Origin: Pseudonocardiales bacterium
GTDB lineage: Bacteria; Actinomycetota; Actinomycetes; Mycobacteriales; Jatrophihabitantaceae
Reading direction: 5' to 3'
Length of the DNA: 64,000 bases
Assembly (NCBI GenBank): GCA_003243915.1
Contig: QHCC01000009.1
Location: 5,653 to 69,652 of the forward strand
A model generated the notes under the pieces. The model did no database searches, was not told where the DNA came from, and saw only the letters and a list, made by a program, of their open reading frames with translations. A program made the position numbers and the translations under genes. Below, in pieces: positions 35,860 through 46,016 of the stretch (positions are counted from its first letter, which is position 1; every line of letters starts with the position of its first letter).

Positions 35860-37539
35860 ATGGAATCGGGGGAGCCGTCTCGCGTTTCGACGCGGGGCGC
35901 ACATCGGGGGAACATGTTCACGCGTGGCTTGGAAGCCACCGACGGGGGAATGGGGGGCGCGGCCAGCTTCACGTTGGCGAGCGCTTCGGCACTTTCGTCG
36001 GCGCCGGCAGGGGCCGGATCGCTCGGCCTGCTTGACGGTGCAGAGCCCACCCCAACGGCCGGGCGTCGCCTGGGCACACGCGACCGTTTCCGTGTCGCCG
36101 AAGCGTCCGCGGCACGCTCGGACGGCTGGATACACCGATACCAACTGCTGCTCGTCGCGATCGACGTCGTAGCTGCGGGCGTTGCCACGGTGCTGGGCTT
36201 CGCCGGCCGATTCGGTGCCTTCGATTCGGTCGGCGGCAGCGACGTCGACCTGGCCTTCGCGCTGGCCATGCCGTTCGGTTGGGTCGCCGTGCTCGCTCTC
36301 AATCGTGCCTACGAAGGCCATGTCATCGGTGCCGGCACGACCGAGTACGAGCGGCTGTTCCGCGCGTTCCTCCACATATCCGTACTCACCGGTTTCGTTG
36401 CCTACGCGCTCCAGCAGGATGTCGCCCGCGGATTCATCGTCGTGGCGCTGCCACTCGCGCTGGTGTTGGACCTGGCGGGCCGCCGAGCCGCTCGCGCGGG
36501 ACTGCGTCATAGCCGGGGGCGCGGCAGATCGATGACACCGGTTCTCGCCGTCGGAGGTCTTGACTCGGTCGCTCGGTTCACCGCGCTGCTGCGCAATGAT
36601 CGTTGCGCCGGGATGCGGGTTGTCGGGGTGTGCGTGCCGAGTTCGATGCCATCGGATTCGAGTATCCGGCGTGACTTGTTCGCCTTCGGCGTGCCCGTCC
36701 TCGGCGACGTCGACTCCCTCCGCGAGTCGGTGCACCAGTGCGGCGCCCGCACTGTCGCCGTCCTCTCCGGCGAGGTCGACGCCGAGAGGCTGCGCTGGAT
36801 CTCCTGGCAACTCGAGGGGACGGATACCGATCTGGTGGTGTCACCGGGCCTCACAGAGATCGGTGGTCGGCGGCTACACATCCAGCCGGTAGCGGGCATG
36901 CCCATGCTCCACGTCAGCGAGCCCGAGTTCGCGGGCATCCGGCACGTGCTCAAGGGGGCCTTCGACCGGATCCTCGCCGGCATCGCGTTGCTGGTCCTGT
37001 CGCCGCTGCTGCTCGGCATCACCCTGCTCGTCCGGCGCTCCAGCAACGGGCCGGTGCTGTTCTGCCAAACCCGGGTAGGCAAGGACGGCAAGCAGTTCAC
37101 GATGTTCAAGTTCCGCTCGATGTACGTCGGTGCCGAGCGCCAGGTGTCCGAGCTGCTGAGCCAGAACGACGCAGCGGACGGCCCGCTGTTCAAGATGCGC
37201 GAGGACCCGCGTGTCACTCCGCTCGGCCGGGTTCTTCGACGCTGGTCGCTCGACGAGCTACCGCAGCTGGTCAACGTCGTGGCCGGGTCGATGTCACTGG
37301 TCGGGCCACGCCCCCCGCTGCCTTCCGAGGTAGCGAGCTACGGCAACGACACGCGTCGAAGGTTGCTGGTCAAGCCCGGGCTGACCGGGCTATGGCAGAT
37401 CAGCGGCCGCAGCGACCTCTCCTGGGAGGAATCGGTGCGGCTGGATCTGCACTACGTCGACAACTGGTCGTTGGTGCTCGACATCGTCGTGCTCTGGAAG
37501 ACGGCACGCGCCGTCATGCGAGCCGAAGGCGCCTACTAG
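35860..37539 (+). CDS. Polyprenyl-phosphate hexose-1-phosphate transferase (WbaP/CpsE-type priming enzyme)
   Basis: 559 aa with N-terminal TM segments and a C-terminal bacterial sugar-transferase domain (LSPLLL...GKDGKQFTMFKFRSM...DELPQLVNVVAGSMSLVGPRP). Start uncertain (ATG 35860 or 35914). Confidence 0.85.
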   Translation: MESGEPSRVSTRGAHRGNMFTRGLEATDGGMGGAASFTLASASALSSAPAGAGSLGLLDGAEPTPTAGRRLGTRDRFRVAEASAARSDGWIHRYQLLLVAIDVVAAGVATVLGFAGRFGAFDSVGGSDVDLAFALAMPFGWVAVLALNRAYEGHVIGAGTTEYERLFRAFLHISVLTGFVAYALQQDVARGFIVVALPLALVLDLAGRRAARAGLRHSRGRGRSMTPVLAVGGLDSVARFTALLRNDRCAGMRVVGVCVPSSMPSDSSIRRDLFAFGVPVLGDVDSLRESVHQCGARTVAVLSGEVDAERLRWISWQLEGTDTDLVVSPGLTEIGGRRLHIQPVAGMPMLHVSEPEFAGIRHVLKGAFDRILAGIALLVLSPLLLGITLLVRRSSNGPVLFCQTRVGKDGKQFTMFKFRSMYVGAERQVSELLSQNDAADGPLFKMREDPRVTPLGRVLRRWSLDELPQLVNVVAGSMSLVGPRPPLPSEVASYGNDTRRRLLVKPGLTGLWQISGRSDLSWEESVRLDLHYVDNWSLVLDIVVLWKTARAVMRAEGAY

Positions 37540-37572
37540 ATGTCTTTTCTTTCGGGGGAATCGGGGAGTCCA

Positions 37573-38781
37573 ATGCGCATCGCGCTGATGGGAACGCGAG
37601 GTGTGCCGGCACGCTACGGCGGCTTCGAGACATGTGTCGAAGAGGTCGGCCGGCGGCTGGTGAAGGCCGGCCACGACGTCGTCGTGTACTGCCGCGAGCT
37701 CGACGCCCGCGACGCGGAGCCGCTGCCGAGCTACGAAGGCATGGAACTCGTCCACCTGCCCGCCCTGCACAGGAAGTCGCTCGAGACGTTCAGCCACACG
37801 GCGCTCTCGGTGGCTCACGTCATGCGCCATCCGGTCGACGCCGCCATCGTCTTCAACTCGGCCAACTCGCCGTTCCTGCCGCTCCTGCGCGCCCGGGGGA
37901 TCCCGGTGGCGACGCACGTCGACGGTCTGGAGTGGAAGCGCGCGAAGTGGCAAGGCGCCGGGCGCAGGTACTACCGCCTGGCCGAGTCGATGGCTGTGCG
38001 CTGGTCGGACGCGCTGATCGCGGACGCACAGGGGATCGCGGACTATTACGCGGGCGAGTTCCGCGCCGAAACCGCAATGATCGCCTACGGCGCGCCGATT
38101 CTCACCGACGAACGGCGTGACCGCCTGGCCGAAGTCGGCGTCGCGTCCGACCGATACCACCTGGTGGTCGCCCGATTCGAGCCGGAGAACTACGTCGACG
38201 TCATCGTCGAGGGCTATCGGCGCAGCAGCGCCCAGCACCCCCTCGTCGTGGTGGGGTCCGCACCGTACGCCGACGCCTACACCAAACGGGTGCATGCCCT
38301 CGCCGACGACCGGGTCCGCTTTCTCGGCGGGGTATGGGACCAGGACCTGCTCGACCAGCTCTATGCGAACTCCGCGACCTATCTGCACGGGCATTCGGTG
38401 GGCGGCACCAACCCGTCGCTGCTGCGGGCAATCGGGGCGGCTGCGCCCACGATCGCGTTCGACGTCAACTTCAACCGCGAGGTGCTGAGCGACACCGGCC
38501 GTTACTTCACGACCGTCCACGACGTCACAGCCGAGATCGAGCTGGCTGAGGCCTTTCCGCAGGTGACCAGGGAGCGTGGCGCCCAGGGACAACGTGCTGC
38601 CTACCGCTACGACTGGGACGAGGTGGCAGCCCGATACGAGGGGCTCTGTCTCGAGCTTGCGGCGCCTGGGATGCGGGGCTCGGCACGCCCGTCCGGGCGT
38701 CGTCAAGGCGGCGGCAGGAACCGCCGGGCCCGGGCTGCGGCGTCCGCCCTGCCAGCTGCCGCGATGTCGGACTCGGTCTAG
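37573..38781 (+). CDS. GT4-family glycosyltransferase with DUF1972-type N-terminus
   Basis: MRIALMGTRGVPARYGGFETCVEEVGRRLV... with ATG 37573 after GGGGAG; ATG 37540 is also possible. Arg/Ala-rich C-terminal tail. Confidence 0.8.
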   Translation: MRIALMGTRGVPARYGGFETCVEEVGRRLVKAGHDVVVYCRELDARDAEPLPSYEGMELVHLPALHRKSLETFSHTALSVAHVMRHPVDAAIVFNSANSPFLPLLRARGIPVATHVDGLEWKRAKWQGAGRRYYRLAESMAVRWSDALIADAQGIADYYAGEFRAETAMIAYGAPILTDERRDRLAEVGVASDRYHLVVARFEPENYVDVIVEGYRRSSAQHPLVVVGSAPYADAYTKRVHALADDRVRFLGGVWDQDLLDQLYANSATYLHGHSVGGTNPSLLRAIGAAAPTIAFDVNFNREVLSDTGRYFTTVHDVTAEIELAEAFPQVTRERGAQGQRAAYRYDWDEVAARYEGLCLELAAPGMRGSARPSGRRQGGGRNRRARAAASALPAAAMSDSV

Positions 38782-39322
38782 ATGGCCGACCTCGCGCGCG
38801 CAGGCCGGCCCGCCGGCCGGGTGTCCGTCGATTCCGGCATAGCGCGAGAAAGACTGCATACGGCTCTATCGCATCACGACAATTGCGGCGCTTTGCGGGA
38901 AATCCACGTTTGTGACAAAGCGAAGCGCCCAGTTGATGTCGGAAATCCGGAATATCGGCTGAATGGGCCGGCCCAGCAGTTCGATGTCACAGGTGACGCG
39001 ATTATGACGTACGCTCCAGGCCACATGGTTCGCGCAATATCGCGGGCGGTGCATCGGGGTTGATTTCGGGGGGAACCAGCGTGCGGGCTACAGCCCACAT
39101 GTCGACGTCCGCGTCTGCGGCGTCTTCACGGACGAGAACGTCATCGGCGGCGTATGCGCGCCGCGATGCCGTCGTCGTGCTGACCCCCGCATCGTCGACG
39201 AAGCAGCAGCGACGGCCACTGACTCCGCGCCGCCAGCCCACAAACCCTCAAATTCAGCCCACCATCGAGCTCGCCCCCAGCGGGGTTCGGCGGCGATGCT
39301 CAGTGATGCAGGAGAACACGTC

Positions 39323-42300
39323 ATGACCGCTACCTCTTCGCCCACGCGACGCGTCGCCTCGATGTCTGCTGTGGCCTCGCTGGTCGCTGCCGGGCTCGTC
39401 GCCATAGGGCTGGCGACGGCGCCGCAGGCCGCGGCGCTGCCGTCCGGGCCGTCGCCTGTGTTGGAACCGACCGCGACCAACGTGACCGCTGATGCGCTGC
39501 CCACCGTGCAGATAGACGGCGTCGTATGGTCGCAGGCCATCGTCGGAAACACCGTGTACGCGGGTGGAAACTTCGCCAATGCCCGGCCCGCGGGGGCGGC
39601 CAAGGGCACGAACTTGACGCCGCGGGCCAACCTGCTCTCCTACGACCTGACCACCGGAGTGCTCAACACCTCCTTCGCGCCCTCGCTCAACGGCCAGGTG
39701 AAGACCGTCGTGGCCTCACCTGATGGATCACGCATCTACGTCGGCGGGACGTTCACCACCGCCGACGGTCAAGCCCGTTCCCGGATCGCTGCCTACAGCA
39801 CCGCGACCGGAGCACTCATCAGCACGTTCAAGCCGGTCATGGGGACCCAGGTCAACGCTATTGTGGCGACGAACACCACGGTGTACGCCGGCGGCTTCTT
39901 CACCACAGCAAACGGGGTCGCCCGCAACCGGCTCGCGGCATTCAACGCCTCCGACGGTGCGCTGACGGCTTGGAATCCGAACGCCGACTACAGCGTCAAC
40001 GCGATGGTCATCACGCCCGACGGCAGCCTGGTCGTCGTCGGTGGCGCATTCCAGAACGTCGGATCGCAGCCGGAGTACGGCTTGGTCGCCGTCGACGCCG
40101 CGACGGGTGCGGTCCGGCCGTGGGCGACGAACCAGATCGTGCGGGACGCCGGTACCCAGGCGGCAATCGAAAGCCTGAGCACGGATGGCACTGCCATCTA
40201 CGGCACCGGTTACGTCTTCGGGGCCGGGGGCAACTTCGAAGGTACGTTCTCCGCCGTTCCGGATTCGGGCGTCCTCAACTGGATGGAAGACTGCCACGGC
40301 GACACCTACGGTGCCTACGGGATGAACGGCGTCGTCTACACGGTCAGCCACGCCCACTACTGCTCACCGGTAGGTGGCTATCCGCAGACAGATGCCAACT
40401 GGCTCATCAACGAGCACCACGCCCTCGCCTTCACCTCCGATGCGAGAGGCACGCTGGCGCACAACACGTACAGCAACTACCCCGACTGGTTCGGCCAGCC
40501 GGCGCCGGCGATGTACAACTGGTTCCCGGACTTCAATACCGGCACGTTCACCGGTCAGGGCCAGGCCGCCTGGCAGGTCACCGGCAACGGGACCTACGTG
40601 ATCATGGGCGGCGAGTTCACCAGCGTCAACTTCAACGGTGGCCAGCAGGGGCTGGTGCGCTTCGCCGCGCGCCCGATCGCTCCCGGCCGTGAAGGCCCAC
40701 GGGTATCCCTGGCCAACTTCGTTCCCACGGTGAACGCGACCTCGTCACACACGGCACGCGTCAACTGGCAGGCGAACTGGGACCGTGACAACGAGAACCT
40801 CACCTACCAGGTGATCCGTAACAACAACACTGGTGCCCCGGTCTACACCACCACCGCGACGTCACAGTTCTGGAACCGGCCGTTGCTCGGATTCCTCGAC
40901 GGTGGGCTGACTCCGGGGGCGACCTACACCTACAAGATCTATGCCACCGATCCCGGCGGCGTCACGATCCCGGGCAACAACGTCAGCATCACGATGCCGC
41001 TGACCGATCCGAGCCCGTACGTCCAGCAGGTGCTCAACGACGGGCCGAGCAACTACTGGCGACTGGGGGAGGCGTCGGGCACCACAGGGGTGGCCATGGT
41101 CGGCGGCAACAACCTCGTCGAAGGCAGCGGCGTCGGGCACGGCGCTGCTGGCGCAGTCGCCGGCGACAGTGACAAGGCGTCCACCTTCAACGGTACGAGC
41201 ACCGGCACGGCCGGCACGGCCACGAGCATCTCGGGCCCGAATACGTTCAGCCTCGAAGCCTTCGTCAAGTCGACGAGTCTGCTGGGTGGAAAGATCGTCG
41301 GCTTCGGCGGTTCGCAGAGCGGCTCCAGTGCCAGCTATGACCGCCACGTCTATATGGACAACGTCGGGCACATCTACTTCGGCGTGTACCCCGGTGGGGT
41401 GCGAACGGTGAACAGCGCCGGCACCTACCGCGACGGGCTGTGGCACCACATCGTGGCCACCCTGTCCGGCGGCGGGATGGCGCTCTACGTCGACGGGACG
41501 CGGGTCGGTTTCGATGCCTCCGTGACAACCGCACAGGTCTACGCGGGTTACTGGCGGGTCGGTGGAGACAACCTGAGCGGGTGGCCGTCGGCCCCGACAC
41601 GCAACAACCTGACCGGCTCGATCGACGACGTCGCCGTGTACTCGTTCGCGCTGACCCCGGCGCAGGTGCTGGCGCATTACCGGGCCTCGACCGGCGCCGC
41701 GAATCAGCCTCCGGTGGCGGCGTTCACGCCGTCGTGCACCCAGCTGGCCTGTTCCTTCGACGCATCGGCGTCCTCGGATCCGGACGGCTCGGTGGCCAGC
41801 TATGCGTGGACCTTCGGTGACGGGTCGTCCGGAGCCGGAGTGACGACAAGTCATACCTATGGTTCCAACAACACCTACACCGTGACGTTGACCGTGACCG
41901 ACAACCAGGGTGGGACCGCCTCGTCGGCGCAGACCGTGACGGTCGCCGGGGCGAATACCCCCCCGGTGGCAGCATTCACGCGGTCGTGCTCGAACCTGGC
42001 GTGCAACTTTGACGCGTCGACCTCCTCGGACCCGGACGGCTCCGTGACCGGCTACGCCTGGGACTTCGGTGACGGGGTGACCGCTACCGGGGTCACGGCA
42101 AGCCACACCTTCGCGGCAACCGGAAGCTACTCGGTGACCTTGACCGTGACCGACAACCAGGGTGGGACCAATCAGACGACGCAGCAAGTCGCAGTGTCGT
42201 CATCGGTCATCGCCGCCGACACGTTCGCTCGCACCGTCACCGGCGGGTGGGGGACAGCCGACACGGGTGGCCCGTGGACCGTGGCAGGTGTGGCGAGCAG

Positions 42301-42847
42301 CAACTTCTCGGTGTCGTCGGGAACGGGCCGCATGCAGCTTCCGGCCGCTGGCGCCGGGCCCAGCGCCTATCTGAACGGCGTGTCGGCCGGCGACTCGGAC
42401 ACCTGGGTGGACTTCACTGCCGACAAGGCGCAGAGCGGTAACAGCAACCTCTACGCCTACTTCGGGGCGAGGCACACCGGCACCTCGCAGTACCGGCTGC
42501 GGCTGAAGCAGGTCGGCATCGGCGGCATCCAGCTGTCGTTGACGAAGGTCGTCTCCGGCGCGGAGACGGTGCTGGCCACCAGCACCATCAGCGGCGTGGC
42601 GTTCACGCCCGGCCAGTACCTGCGCCTGCGGCTGCGGGTCAGTGGCACGACATCGGTCGCACTCAGCGGCAAGGTGTGGACGGTCGGGTCGGCGGAGCCG
42701 GGCTGGCAGGTGACATCGACCGACGCGACCAACCCGCTGGGACCCGGCGGGAGCGGGCTGAGCACCTATGTCTCGACCACCGCGACGAATACACCGATCG
42801 TGGCGAGCTTCCAGAACTTCACAGTCGGACCGATCACCGGTCCGTAA
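39323..42847 (+). CDS. Large secreted multidomain protein: signal peptide, beta-propeller-like repeats, FN3, LamG/ConA-like lectin, 2 x PKD, C-terminal ~210 aa beta-rich domain
   Basis: ATG 39323 follows AGGAGA (39310-39315). Signal AGLVAIGLATAPQAAA, repeated ...VYAGG.F...G..R..LAA... blades, and a LamG region (NYWRLGE...FSLEAFVK...DDVAVYSFAL). Two near-identical PPVAAFT.SC..LAC.FDAS.SSDPDGSV..YAWDFGDG units are present. Confidence 0.8.
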   Translation: MTATSSPTRRVASMSAVASLVAAGLVAIGLATAPQAAALPSGPSPVLEPTATNVTADALPTVQIDGVVWSQAIVGNTVYAGGNFANARPAGAAKGTNLTPRANLLSYDLTTGVLNTSFAPSLNGQVKTVVASPDGSRIYVGGTFTTADGQARSRIAAYSTATGALISTFKPVMGTQVNAIVATNTTVYAGGFFTTANGVARNRLAAFNASDGALTAWNPNADYSVNAMVITPDGSLVVVGGAFQNVGSQPEYGLVAVDAATGAVRPWATNQIVRDAGTQAAIESLSTDGTAIYGTGYVFGAGGNFEGTFSAVPDSGVLNWMEDCHGDTYGAYGMNGVVYTVSHAHYCSPVGGYPQTDANWLINEHHALAFTSDARGTLAHNTYSNYPDWFGQPAPAMYNWFPDFNTGTFTGQGQAAWQVTGNGTYVIMGGEFTSVNFNGGQQGLVRFAARPIAPGREGPRVSLANFVPTVNATSSHTARVNWQANWDRDNENLTYQVIRNNNTGAPVYTTTATSQFWNRPLLGFLDGGLTPGATYTYKIYATDPGGVTIPGNNVSITMPLTDPSPYVQQVLNDGPSNYWRLGEASGTTGVAMVGGNNLVEGSGVGHGAAGAVAGDSDKASTFNGTSTGTAGTATSISGPNTFSLEAFVKSTSLLGGKIVGFGGSQSGSSASYDRHVYMDNVGHIYFGVYPGGVRTVNSAGTYRDGLWHHIVATLSGGGMALYVDGTRVGFDASVTTAQVYAGYWRVGGDNLSGWPSAPTRNNLTGSIDDVAVYSFALTPAQVLAHYRASTGAANQPPVAAFTPSCTQLACSFDASASSDPDGSVASYAWTFGDGSSGAGVTTSHTYGSNNTYTVTLTVTDNQGGTASSAQTVTVAGANTPPVAAFTRSCSNLACNFDASTSSDPDGSVTGYAWDFGDGVTATGVTASHTFAATGSYSVTLTVTDNQGGTNQTTQQVAVSSSVIAADTFARTVTGGWGTADTGGPWTVAGVASSNFSVSSGTGRMQLPAAGAGPSAYLNGVSAGDSDTWVDFTADKAQSGNSNLYAYFGARHTGTSQYRLRLKQVGIGGIQLSLTKVVSGAETVLATSTISGVAFTPGQYLRLRLRVSGTTSVALSGKVWTVGSAEPGWQVTSTDATNPLGPGGSGLSTYVSTTATNTPIVASFQNFTVGPITGP

Positions 42848-42899
42848 CGGCCGCAGGTCAGAGCGGTGGGCTCGTGATGATCAGGGCCCGCCGTACTCG

Positions 42900-44126
42900 G
42901 TGACTCACAACCAGGCGCCGGCGACGGTGCTGATTGCGCACCCGAGTGCCGAGCTGTACGGCTCGGACCGGGTGTTGCTGGAGACGGTGCAGGGGCTGTG
43001 TGAACACGGCGTGACCGTGGTGGTCGCGCTGCCGTCGTTCGGCCCGCTCGTCACCGAGATCCGGGCTCGCGGAGGAGTCGCTGACCTCTGCCCGACGCCG
43101 GTCCTGCGCAAGGAGATGCTGCGGCCGCGGGGTGCCCTGAAGTTTTCCGGCGATGCGGTCCGCGGTATTCCCGCCGGGCTTCGGATGCTGCGGTCGACCC
43201 GACCCGACGTCGTTTTCGTCAACACCCTGACGATTCCGTTGTGGGTGGTGCTCGGGCGACTGACCGGCCGCTCGGTGGTGTGCCACGTGCACGAGGGCGA
43301 GCGGTCCGCGCCTGCCCTCATGCGCCGCCTGCTGGCGGCACCGCTTCTGCTGACACATCACGTGCTCGTCAACAGCCGGTTCAGCCTGGATGTTCTCGCC
43401 GAGTCCTTTCCTTCGCTGCGCCGCAAGGCGACGGTCGTGTATAACGGGATCGTCGGCCCGCCGCAGCCGGGCGCAGCCCGGGAACACATCTCCGGCACGG
43501 CACGGCTGCTCTACATCGGCAGGCTGTCGCCGCGCAAGGGGCCCGCTGTGGCGTTGGAGGCCCTGTCGATCCTGGTCGGGCGGGGCCGGGACGTGCGGCT
43601 CGATCTGGTGGGGTCGGTCTTTCCGGGCTACGAGTGGTTCGGGGACGAGCTCACCGCGACGGTGGCCGCCGATCCCGCTGTGCGTGATCGCGTGAGCTTC
43701 CACGGCTTCGTCTCGGACGTGTGGCCGCACGCTGCGTCGAGTGACATCGTGATCGTGCCCTCCCAGTTCGACGAGCCGTTCGGCAACACGGCCGTCGAAG
43801 CCGTCCTGGCGGCGCGGCCGGCGGTGGTCAGCGCGACATCGGGCCTGTTGGAGGCCGCGGCGGGCTACGAATCGATAGTCAGTGTCAATCCCGGTCAGCC
43901 GGCGGCCATCGCCGACGCTGTCTGCGCCATCCTCGACAACTGGCCGCACTACCGCAGCTGCGCCGTCGACGACTCGGCGTTAGCGCGGGCTCGTCACGCG
44001 CCGCCCCGCTATCGCGACGAGGTAGCGCGCCTGGTCAGCACGGTCGGTGCGATACCGGCGCCCGCGCGCGATTATCGTTGCCCGAGGCCACCCAAGGTGG
44101 AGGAGGCGGCCCCCGATGGCGACTGA
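42900..44126 (+). CDS. GT4-family glycosyltransferase
   Basis: VLIAHPSAELYGSDRVLLETV... and a C-terminal EPFGNTAVEA motif region. Start GTG 42900 or 42927. Confidence 0.8.
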   Translation: MTHNQAPATVLIAHPSAELYGSDRVLLETVQGLCEHGVTVVVALPSFGPLVTEIRARGGVADLCPTPVLRKEMLRPRGALKFSGDAVRGIPAGLRMLRSTRPDVVFVNTLTIPLWVVLGRLTGRSVVCHVHEGERSAPALMRRLLAAPLLLTHHVLVNSRFSLDVLAESFPSLRRKATVVYNGIVGPPQPGAAREHISGTARLLYIGRLSPRKGPAVALEALSILVGRGRDVRLDLVGSVFPGYEWFGDELTATVAADPAVRDRVSFHGFVSDVWPHAASSDIVIVPSQFDEPFGNTAVEAVLAARPAVVSATSGLLEAAAGYESIVSVNPGQPAAIADAVCAILDNWPHYRSCAVDDSALARARHAPPRYRDEVARLVSTVGAIPAPARDYRCPRPPKVEEAAPDGD

Positions 44127-45084
44127 GCGAGCGATGAACGACGCGACGGTCATCGGCGTGCTCACCTATCGCCGCAACGACGACCTGGTGATGGCCATCC
44201 CACCGTTGCTGCGCGAGGCCGCGACAATCACCCCGCCGGCCACCGTGCTGATCATCGACAACGATCCCGACGGAGGCGCCCAGGCGGTGGTGATGCCGCT
44301 CGCGGATCGGGGCGTGCGCTACGTCCACGAACCGGAGCCTGGGATCGCAGCGGCACGCAACCGGGCACTGCGCGAGGCCGGTGCCCGCTTCCTCGTGTTC
44401 ATCGACGACGACATGCATCCCGACGATGGCTGGCTGGCTGCGCTGGTGCGCACCCAACGGTCAAGCGGCGCCGCGGTCGTCGCCGGACCGGTGCTGCCCG
44501 AATACGAGGCGGAGCCCGACGAGTGGGTGCATGCCGGGCGCTTCTTCATCCGCCGGCGGTTGACCACGGGTACGCCGTTGAACGTCGCGGCCAGCGGGAA
44601 CATGCTGCTGGATCTGGCGCAAATTTCGACCTATGGCGTGCAGTTCGATCGCAGGTTCGGCCTTCTCGGCGGATCCGACCATCTGTTCAGCCGAACCCTG
44701 GCCCGCATGGGTGCACCGATGGTCTGGTGCGACGAGGCGATCGCGTTCGACCGGGTTCCGGTCTCACGAATGACCCACAGGTGGATCTTGCGAAGGGCCT
44801 ACCGCGGCGGTAACTCCCAGGTCCTCGCCTCACTGGCGTTGTGTGGCTCGCGCTCGGAACGTCTCGCGGTGCGAGTGCGGGCGACGGCAGGTGGGTGTGC
44901 CCGGATTGTCGCGGGCGCGATGCGAACGGTTGCCGGTGTCCTGATCGGCGCCACGGTGCACCGAGCCCGCGGCCGGCGGTTGGTGCGCCGGGGTGCAGGC
45001 ATGATTGCCGGTGCCTACGGGCATGCCTATGTGGAGTACGCCCGCCCGCAGCCGTCTGCAGCAATGGTGATCGGTGCCCGGTGA
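44116..45084 (+). CDS. GT2-family glycosyltransferase
   Basis: ATG 44116 follows AGGAGG. Contains VIGVLTYRRNDDL...LIIDNDPDGG...AAARN...VFIDDD. Confidence 0.8.
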   Translation: MATERAMNDATVIGVLTYRRNDDLVMAIPPLLREAATITPPATVLIIDNDPDGGAQAVVMPLADRGVRYVHEPEPGIAAARNRALREAGARFLVFIDDDMHPDDGWLAALVRTQRSSGAAVVAGPVLPEYEAEPDEWVHAGRFFIRRRLTTGTPLNVAASGNMLLDLAQISTYGVQFDRRFGLLGGSDHLFSRTLARMGAPMVWCDEAIAFDRVPVSRMTHRWILRRAYRGGNSQVLASLALCGSRSERLAVRVRATAGGCARIVAGAMRTVAGVLIGATVHRARGRRLVRRGAGMIAGAYGHAYVEYARPQPSAAMVIGAR

Positions 45085-46016
45085 GTGAGCGTGGCGAGGC
45101 CGGTCATTCGCCGTCTGACGGGCGCGGGCGGCTGGCCATCGTCGTCGTCACGTTCGGCGCCGCCGAACTGCTCCAGACGAACCTGGCCACAATCGACACC
45201 TGCGCTCTTGACGCGGAGGTGGTGATCGTCGACAACTTTCATTCCTACCCGGCGCGCAGTGCCGTCACCTCGATCGCACACCAGCACGGCTGGACCGTGC
45301 TGGCGATGCCGGCGAACCTCGGCTTCGGTGTCGCGGCCAACGAAGGCGTCCGACAGGCCGAAGTGCTGGGCTGCAGCTCTTTCCTACTGCTGAACCCGGA
45401 CGCGCGGATTTCCACAGAGTCGATCCGGGAGTTGTGGCGAGCGTGCGAGTCGGACCCCTTGACGATGCAGTGCCCGCGCATCATCCGGCCGGACGGCACG
45501 GTGTGGTTCCGTGGGGGCAACCTCGACATCCGCTCCGGCAATGTCCGCGCCGGAGCCGTCGATGATGCAGTCGGCTGGCTGACCGGTGCGTGCCTGATGG
45601 TGCACCGCGACCTATGGCAGCGGCTCGGCGGCTTCGACCCTGATTTCTTCATGTACTGGGAGGATGTGGACCTCAGCCGGCGGTGCTTGGCGGTCGGTGG
45701 GCGGCTGCGGATGCGCCAGGAGCTGACCGCGGTGCACGAGGTAGGAGGTACGCAGGGTGCGGTGCGCGCCTCGACGAAGTCGCGTGGCTACTACTACTTC
45801 AACTGCCGCAACCGGCTGCTGTTTGCCACCAAGCACCTGCCGGCCGGCGCGCTGCTGCGGTGGGTCATCGCGACTCCCGTGGCCAGCGTGCGGGTGATGA
45901 TGCGCGGCGGCGGCCCCCGCGGCCTGGTCACGTCACCATCCACGGTGTGGGCAGGTGTGCGCGGCTCGGCCGCAGGTCTGCTGGTCGCCCTCGCTGCCCT
46001 GGTGCGCCGGCCGTGA
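45081..46016 (+). CDS. GT2-family glycosyltransferase
   Basis: GTGA overlap at 45081. Contains LAIVVVTFGAAE...VIVDNFH...NLGFGVAANEG...MYWEDVDLSRR. Confidence 0.8.
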   Translation: MSERGEAGHSPSDGRGRLAIVVVTFGAAELLQTNLATIDTCALDAEVVIVDNFHSYPARSAVTSIAHQHGWTVLAMPANLGFGVAANEGVRQAEVLGCSSFLLLNPDARISTESIRELWRACESDPLTMQCPRIIRPDGTVWFRGGNLDIRSGNVRAGAVDDAVGWLTGACLMVHRDLWQRLGGFDPDFFMYWEDVDLSRRCLAVGGRLRMRQELTAVHEVGGTQGAVRASTKSRGYYYFNCRNRLLFATKHLPAGALLRWVIATPVASVRVMMRGGGPRGLVTSPSTVWAGVRGSAAGLLVALAALVRRP

